DNA of 64,000 bases from contig CM060732.1 in the NCBI GenBank assembly GCA_030704615.1, positions 11,098,001 through 11,162,000 of the forward strand, read 5' to 3'. The translations under genes were made by a program, and so were the position numbers. The DNA comes from Takakia lepidozioides. Its lineage: Eukaryota; Plantae; Bryophyta. Within the stretch, counting starts at the first letter, position 1. Each line of letters opens with the position of its first letter. Positions 57,163-64,000 of the stretch are shown in pieces. The notes under the pieces are model-generated. The model saw only the letters and a program-made list of their open reading frames with translations. It was not told where the DNA came from and did no database searches.

Positions 57163-58569
57163 ATGGCGAGTGATAACCATTTGGAGGTGGAGCAGTTGCG
57201 TTTATCGGTCTCATCTCGCGATGCACATCATGTCGCCATTGGCGATCCACATCATGTCGTCATTGTGGTGTATTCTGTTACGGTAAAATTCGCCGACAAT
57301 CGTCGGGAGTCGTTTTACAGATTTCCTTTGCAGAAAGATGAGAGCCGCGATCACGACATTCGATTGGCAGTTCTCCGTGCAATTACTTCCTCCGTCGTGG
57401 GTATAGAGTCCTTGGAGCTGCAACCGCCCGACACGAAGTCACATTACGAAGTGGAGTGGCAGGAGTTCTGCAGAGGCTTGTACTCCAACCAGACTTTACG
57501 ACACCTAGTCATCGGGTACTATGTTGTCGACGTAGACGGACAATTGAGTATGGTACATCACGTTGCAGAGATGCTTCGCGTGAACAACTCTCTAAAACAT
57601 CTTGAGATTGATGGGATAGCCATCAACACATATTCAGCCAAGCTCTTGGCTGTCGCTTTGCCTGAAAATCGTGCCCTGCAAAATTTGCATTTGTCTCAGT
57701 CCTTCTTTCTGCCTGTGTCTACATCCCGCGGGTCGGCAGAGGGAGTGCAAATGTTGGTGGCTCCTTTGGTTGCCACAGATCCATTAGGCTCCAACTCTGT
57801 GCTGCAGACGTTACGGATGGGGTGTTGTCTCGGATACGATAACGTCGGTTATGATGAGGCAGCCAAGCACGTGGCAGCGATGCTGTGTGGCAATTCTTCC
57901 TTGTTGGAGCTTGAGTTAATGTATTGGAATATGACGTCGGAGGGCGGTGCTGCTATCGGCAGGGCTTTGGCCACCAACACCACCCTTACAACTCTAAGCG
58001 TGTATGGCTGCAAGATTGGGGCGGATGGTGTGGAGGCGATAGCACAACATCTCGCACACCACAATTCTTCTCTCACACGCCTTAATGTTGGCGACACTTG
58101 GAGTACAGAGATAGAGGGAAGCAAGGCAGCCAACGCATTGGCCAACATGTTTCGATCCAACTCCACGTTGACCAATGTGGACGTGTCACGTAGTCGGTTT
58201 AACGAAGAAGGTATTGTGGAACTCTTCAAATCACTGGCCACCAACACGTCTTTGACAGACCTTGATCTTAGGGGTTGCGAGGTTGTTGCCGGGGACAGGG
58301 TGTTGGCAGCAATCGGGGATTCACTGCGAGCCAATCTGTGTCTACAAAGACTCCTTACAGATCAATCTTCCTTGAGCATTGTAGATTGGAGTGGTGTAGA
58401 GAGAAGGGAGCAGCAATCGGTGTTACGAGGAATGATGAGATCCGTGAGTCCGGAGGCAGCGAGCGTGTTGACTTACGGCGCCGCTGGTACTCAACCATAC
58501 TTCCACTTTCTCATATTACATTCGTCCTGTTTTGCTTTGCACCTCTTGAGGACGCCGCATGTAATGTAA
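57163..58569 (+). CDS. RI-like LRR protein (TORNADO1-like N-terminus), copy B, open frame
   Basis: ORF 57007-58569 with first ATG at 57163 and the same LRRs as copy A. No downstream ROC-COR exon recognised. Confidence 0.75.
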   Translation: MASDNHLEVEQLRLSVSSRDAHHVAIGDPHHVVIVVYSVTVKFADNRRESFYRFPLQKDESRDHDIRLAVLRAITSSVVGIESLELQPPDTKSHYEVEWQEFCRGLYSNQTLRHLVIGYYVVDVDGQLSMVHHVAEMLRVNNSLKHLEIDGIAINTYSAKLLAVALPENRALQNLHLSQSFFLPVSTSRGSAEGVQMLVAPLVATDPLGSNSVLQTLRMGCCLGYDNVGYDEAAKHVAAMLCGNSSLLELELMYWNMTSEGGAAIGRALATNTTLTTLSVYGCKIGADGVEAIAQHLAHHNSSLTRLNVGDTWSTEIEGSKAANALANMFRSNSTLTNVDVSRSRFNEEGIVELFKSLATNTSLTDLDLRGCEVVAGDRVLAAIGDSLRANLCLQRLLTDQSSLSIVDWSGVERREQQSVLRGMMRSVSPEAASVLTYGAAGTQPYFHFLILHSSCFALHLLRTPHVM

Positions 58570-60061
58570 CAAGTTACTCCGCAACACCGTGCAAGAATTC
58601 CGAATTCAGAACTAATCATTGGATGGTGTGGATCGTAAGTCGATCAATGTAATAATTTGATCCTGTCGCTGAAGTGGATTACGCAGTGGAACCCCTCGGC
58701 CAGTGGGGATTGCAGCCTGTCAGACTCCCATCAAAGTTCACCTCATCCTCCCAGTGGCAGAGGGGTTCCACATCACCTAACCTGCCGTTAAGAGATGCTG
58801 TAGAGCCTGCAAACATTCTCAGTGTATACAATTTATCCCAAGATAAATGAATGAATACCAAAGTTCAAACTGAGGCTGTATCAATTTACTATGATTCATT
58901 TACTTTTACTCTCCCCTTGAAGAGATGGGCTCAAACCTTCCAAAATAAAAGTAGAATAAAAGACGCATTTCTTGGAACAAAAACACACATACGGTATCCG
59001 TATATTGCTGCGGTGCATCTAGTTCTGCTGTACTGGTCCCGTCTCGCGAAAGCTTACTCAATCCCTCCACCAACTTAGTCAAGCCAGTCACAAGTTGATG
59101 GAAGACCCACCTCTGTCTGACAGGCTGTCGGGTCCTCCACATGCTGCGTCTGGATGTGCTCACCAAATGTTTCCATTGGATTCCATGCCATTGCGCAATT
59201 GCATTCTTAGGTTTGTTCTTGTATCATCAGCCCCCACTTCTGCTTTTTGCATTTAGCAGTCAACCATAATCAACCACAAGTACTGTAGAGCGAGAGATCA
59301 CGGAGAATCATCAAGAGTTGGTGAAAAGTCGAGATCTGATGATTTCACATGCGATTGTGGTGATGGGTGGTGTGCGGTCTCAAGGCTCGTATTCCAGGAA
59401 CAGCTGCTCCGGTTGAGAGTAACAAGTGGTGTGTATCCGTGCAGGGGTTAATGACTATGGTGGAGAAAAGGTCAAAAGCAGCAACAGGAACCAAAACCAT
59501 GTGGTATGAGGTCTCCTCGTCACTCCTTGGGGGTACCAAATGGTATTGTCTACGATTGGTGTATGTTAGGCTAGGTCATAGGTGCAAGTGAGTGTGTCTG
59601 GAAGAGGTCATCGTCTCAAAGTTCCTTTCTTTTGTCATGGTAACAAGCGGACCCTTACCGCTTGGGGGCAGCCCTCCGCCCAAATTGGGCAGTCGTATGC
59701 TCTGTCTAGCATACTCGGCACTTGGGCTCGGGTTGGTTCCTGTGCTTAAACTTATAGCCTGCGACTACAATCAAAATTTTAGCTCCTATCAACATCAACA
59801 CTCCTCAGGGTGATTCCTGGGAATTGGTTACTTATGCCAAATCTAGGGCTTCATGTGTAGTTTTTGGGGCGAATCCCAGGATGGACGATGTGTCCTTTAA
59901 AACTACATGCTCTAGCTTAGGCTTGGATTTCATGGCTAATGGTTCCATCTCGAGACTTGATAACAGGGGTACGTTGAAGGTTGCAATGACCAAAAGTGCT
60001 TCTAATAGAGTCCCACAGTCCCTTGATTGGCTGGAGAGCGGTCTTAGACATTGGTGATTCA

Positions 60062-63000
60062 ATGGGGCGCTCTAGGAAGACAACCAAGGGCAAGGACTTC
60101 AACTTGAGAGTTTCTAATCGGTTTGATGCTCTGGATGAGGTTGAGTCCAAACGGCCAGAAGGACAAGATGCCCCTAAGTGTACGGAACCTGAACGTCCTG
60201 AATCTGAAGGATTTTGTACTCTGAATGGTTTACCAATCCTCAAGGTTTACACAAGACGAACAAATTCTATACACGGGGTAATTGTCCCCAAGCCGTCAGA
60301 TGGACAATCTGTCCCTAAGTGTGCAGAGCCTGAACGTCGTGTAACTGAAGGATTTGGTACTCTAAATGGTTTACCAATCCTCAAAGTCTACACAAGACGA
60401 GCAAAATCTATACACGGGGTAATTGTCCCCAAGCAGTCTGATGGACAATCTGTCCCTATGTGTGCGGAGCCTGTGCGTCGTGTAACTGAAGGATTTGGTA
60501 CCCTGAATGGTTTACCAATTCTCAAAGTTTACACAAGACGAGCAAAATCTACACATGGGGTAACTGTCCCCCCTTTGCAGAACGGTTGGCCGTCCAGGAG
60601 CAATCACAAGCTACCTAGACGACAAACAATTCACATGCAAAGGGCTGGCTTGCGGCTGGCCACTTTCAACTTCTCAGGGTTGACCAACCAAAGGAAACAA
60701 CTTGAAGTGGGACAAGTTCTTCGGACTAATGATATTCATATCTGTGCTGGGCAAGAAACATGGGAAACGTCGGATAAACTGGTTGGAGATGTCAATGGTT
60801 ATAAATGGGCAGGTAAGATGTGTACTCTCAAGGCAGCCTCTGCCAAACGTGGTCAAAAAGGGGTTGGATTCTTTGTCCGTGATTTCTTGTTTGACAATTG
60901 TGAAATTATCAACAAGGGTTTGAGGTACGAGCATAGTATCTGGCTAAAACTGAATCTGAAGGGCGGCATGAGTACGAAGGACCTCTTTGTGGGTTGTGTT
61001 TACATGCCCACAGAGGGACCCTCAGTGCTGACGCAGACAAAGCCTTCGAAGATGTAAAGCTGGACTGTGCTTCGTTCCTTGCCAAAGGTCAGGTGGTGCT
61101 ATTGGGTGACTTCAATGCCCGGGTGGGCAAAGGGCTCCATCAGGACGATATCATTGGGCCTTTTGGTGAGGACGAGCTGAATTCTAATGGCAGACGGTTA
61201 ATTAACTGCCTGGAAGAGCTTCAGCTTTTCACCTTGAATAACAGGACAAGAGGTGACCAAGTGCAGTGGACTCGTGAGAAATCCCAAACTGGGGAACGTT
61301 CCGTTGTGGACTATATCATAATGGACAAAAATTTGTTCCCCCAGTGTGCCAATGTGTTGATCGACAGAACTGATATTGGTACCTCTGACCACTTCCTGGT
61401 TTGGACTGAGATCAAAAGGTGTTTTCCCAACACCAAGAGATCTGTGAAACGTTCGATTCGGAAGTGGCGCATAGAAGAATTCCATAATGAGGAGGTCAAG
61501 GCTGAGTACGTCCAGGCCTTGCAAGAGGCTCTCCCTCATTTTGTCCAATCGCTCCAAGAACTTCAGTCTCGCTCTGACAACGCAAGAAATGAAGTCGAAA
61601 GAGCAGTGGACTCTTGGGAGAGTTTCGTTTCCTCCGTGGCTGACAAGATCATTGGGAGGAAACTAATTGTCTGCGGTAGAGCTGTTAATTGGTGGACCAA
61701 TGAGATTAAATTCAAGATAGCTGAGAGACGAGCCCTCTATAAAGAGTGCTGCAATTTGAAAACCAACAGAGAATTGTGGGCGAGGTACTACCAGCTCCGT
61801 AAAGATATCAATCAGCTTGTTAGGTCTCAGAAGAAATTATACTGGGACAAGTTATACAGTGAAATAAACTCAAACCACCATGGTGGTAATGACAAGAAAT
61901 TCTGGTTGGCCCTTCAACGTTTGTACAAGCCGAAAAACGGTCAGCAAGTACAAGCGCTGAAGACTACTAAAGGTGCAGTGGTGACTTCATCGGTTGACAT
62001 TGTCAAAACCTTTGAAACTCACTACAGTATCCTTGGCAGAACTTCTAGGTCTAACAGTGAGGGGTCTTTTGCTGAATGGAGGGACACAGTTGGAAAAACT
62101 GTTCCTATGATTCAAAACAGCCCTGATGAACTGGAGTATATTTCAATGGCTTATAACGCTCCCATTAGTTCTTCTGAGATTGTGGAAGCAATTGAACATT
62201 TAAATGGATATAAAGCTGGTGGACCTGATGGTATTGTCAACGAGCTTATCAAGCACGGTGGCGATCCCATGATAGAGGCCCTAGTTCTCCTCTTTAACCT
62301 TATCTGGAAGACTGAAATGATCCCCTTTCGCTGGCGACAGGGGGTCATTGTCAATCTATACAAGAAGGGTGACAGAGAAGAACCGGGGAACTACCGTGGC
62401 ATCACGCTCCTCAATGCTGTTGGCAAGACATTCTGCAGAGTTATAAGTACTCGTCTCGAGGTTGATCTGGAGTCTAGAGGTTGTTTCCACGAAGGCCAAG
62501 CTGGCTTTCGGCAAACAGGGGCTGTGTGGATCATATCTTCACTCTAAGCCAGATTATCCAGGGAAGGAAAAAAGAAGGGAAACCCACTTATGTTTTTTTC
62601 CTGGATGTCAAAAAGGCTTATGACACAGTGTGGAGAGATGGCCTATGGTTCCGCCTCTGGTCTTGTGGGATCAAGGGAAAGATGTGGAGAGTTGTCCACA
62701 ACTTGTATGCTCACACCAAAAGCTGTGTCACTGTTAACGGACAGAAGTCCAACTTCTTTGACATAGACCAAGGTGTAGCTCAAGGATGTACTCTCTCCCC
62801 TCTGCTCTTCAATGTTTTCATCAATCAACTCCTCGAGGATGTGGAAAGTGAGGGATTTGGGTTAAGGGTGGGTGATACCACCATACCAGCCCTTATGTTT
62901 GCGGATGACTTCGCAGGCATAGGGGAGACTCCAACCAATCTCCAGGAGTTGATTGATTGCGCGAAGAGATACTTTGATCTTTGGGGGCTAGAGGCTAATG

Positions 63001-64000
63001 TCAGCAAATGTGCAGTGGTAGCATTCAACGACAGAGGAGAGGGAGGAAGTGATCTTAAGTGGCAGTGGGGTAGCCAAGAGATCCCGGTCCTCCCTTCCTA
63101 CACTTACCTGGGTGTTGAGTTTTCCTCCAATTGTAATTGGGATGCACATATCCGGAAAGTTGTTCAAACTGGCAAGGGCAAAGCTCTGGGGCTCACTAAA
63201 TTTTTCCACTGCAGAGGGGTCAACTCTGAGGTTAAGAAAACCATGCTTTGTCGCGTTATTAGACCTGCCTTGGAGTACGGATCTGCAATATGGGTTGATA
63301 ACTCCAACCAGGCTAAGTCTCTAGAATCCATTCAAGTGGGGGTGCTTAAGGAGTGTATGTCAGCATGCTCCAAAACAGCCAATGTGGCTGTTCGGGGTGA
63401 GTTTGGCATTCCGTCCTTAAGCTCCCGACGAGATGAATTCAAGGTCAGATGGTGTAATTCAAGGTCAGCTGCAACATATGCCCAACACCAGATATCCTAA
63501 GTTAGTCGACTCTATATCTTGGAAACAGGACCGCCCTGTCAAACAGGCTAAGTCCTGGCAGAAGAGAGTAGAAGAGATTCTCAAGGACCTGGACCTGGAT
63601 CCGCAAGTCTTGACCCTGCTGGATAAATCTGACTTAGAGGCTGTAGTGTCCAAAGCCATGTCTGTTGCCATGAGATTGTCTGATGAAAATGAAGTTAGGC
63701 AGAAAACTTCCCTGAACTTGTTTCCAGTCTGTGACATGGGGGAGGACATCTTGATTGACCTCAAGGGTCTACCCACTCTCGGCACTAGACTGAAGACAAG
63801 TATTCATTTTCTGATACACTGTCCGGGGTTCTCTCACCAAAGAGCCGCTCTCTTCAAATCTATCAAGGGAATTGTGCCTGTACCCCTGTTTACCAACTTT
63901 GAAAGTCTCGAGGCTGAGCCAAAAGCCCATGCCCTCCTGAGGCCTAGTTTTTGGGCAAATCACACACAGCAGATTGATGCTTGTGTGAAGGGATTTCTAG
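60062..64000 (+). mobile_element. LINE with APE endonuclease and RT (RTE/RTEX-like); frameshifts near 61040, 62515 and 63450; runs off the window
   Basis: ATFNFSGL, QETW, LGDFNARVG, VDYI, SDHFLV; GPDGI, NYRGITLL, QAGFR, FLDVKKAYDTVWR, QGCTLSPLLF, FADD, YLGV. Confidence 0.93.
60161..60570 (+). repeat. Three in-frame 141-bp (47-aa) tandem repeats upstream of the LINE endonuclease
   Basis: Units start near 60161, 60302 and 60443 (TLNGLPILKVYTRR x3). Confidence 0.92.

Overview
Eukaryotic, TE-rich window from a land plant, probably a non-angiosperm lineage with flagellated sperm (inferred from a PLS-class PPR gene, TORNADO1-like LRR genes, a CCDC15-like gene and a DNMT3-type methyltransferase). 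Host-like genes are a PPR (pseudo)gene, a CCDC15-like gene, a 3-exon chloroplast thioredoxin-like 4 gene and two tandem LRR paralogues. They lie among Copia, chromovirus, hAT, CRE-like and RTE/RTEX-like elements. The main discovery is a Ty3/Gypsy family with three members here: a young complete copy at 42094-53755, an older copy at 1-8717 and a 5' fragment starting at 34583. Five unusual traits are visible in the sequence. (1) A DNMT3-like cytosine methyltransferase is fused between protease and RT. (2) A conserved in-frame UAG-CAA-CCA (TMV-type CARYYA readthrough context) separates Gag-PR-DNMT from RT-RNaseH-IN. (3) The integrase ends in a PHD finger. (4) There is no tRNA PBS; instead a 12-nt site covaries with a hairpin loop inside the terminal repeat, suggesting self-priming. 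(5) The termini are split repeats (X...Y-GC-X-Y) inside a 4-bp TSD, as if a two-LTR circle had been opened at an internal palindrome. The older copy also appears to carry an IBH1/UPB1-like HLH gene in its leader. Many single-base frameshifts in the window may be assembly errors. All calls come from reading the sequence by eye; no searches were run.
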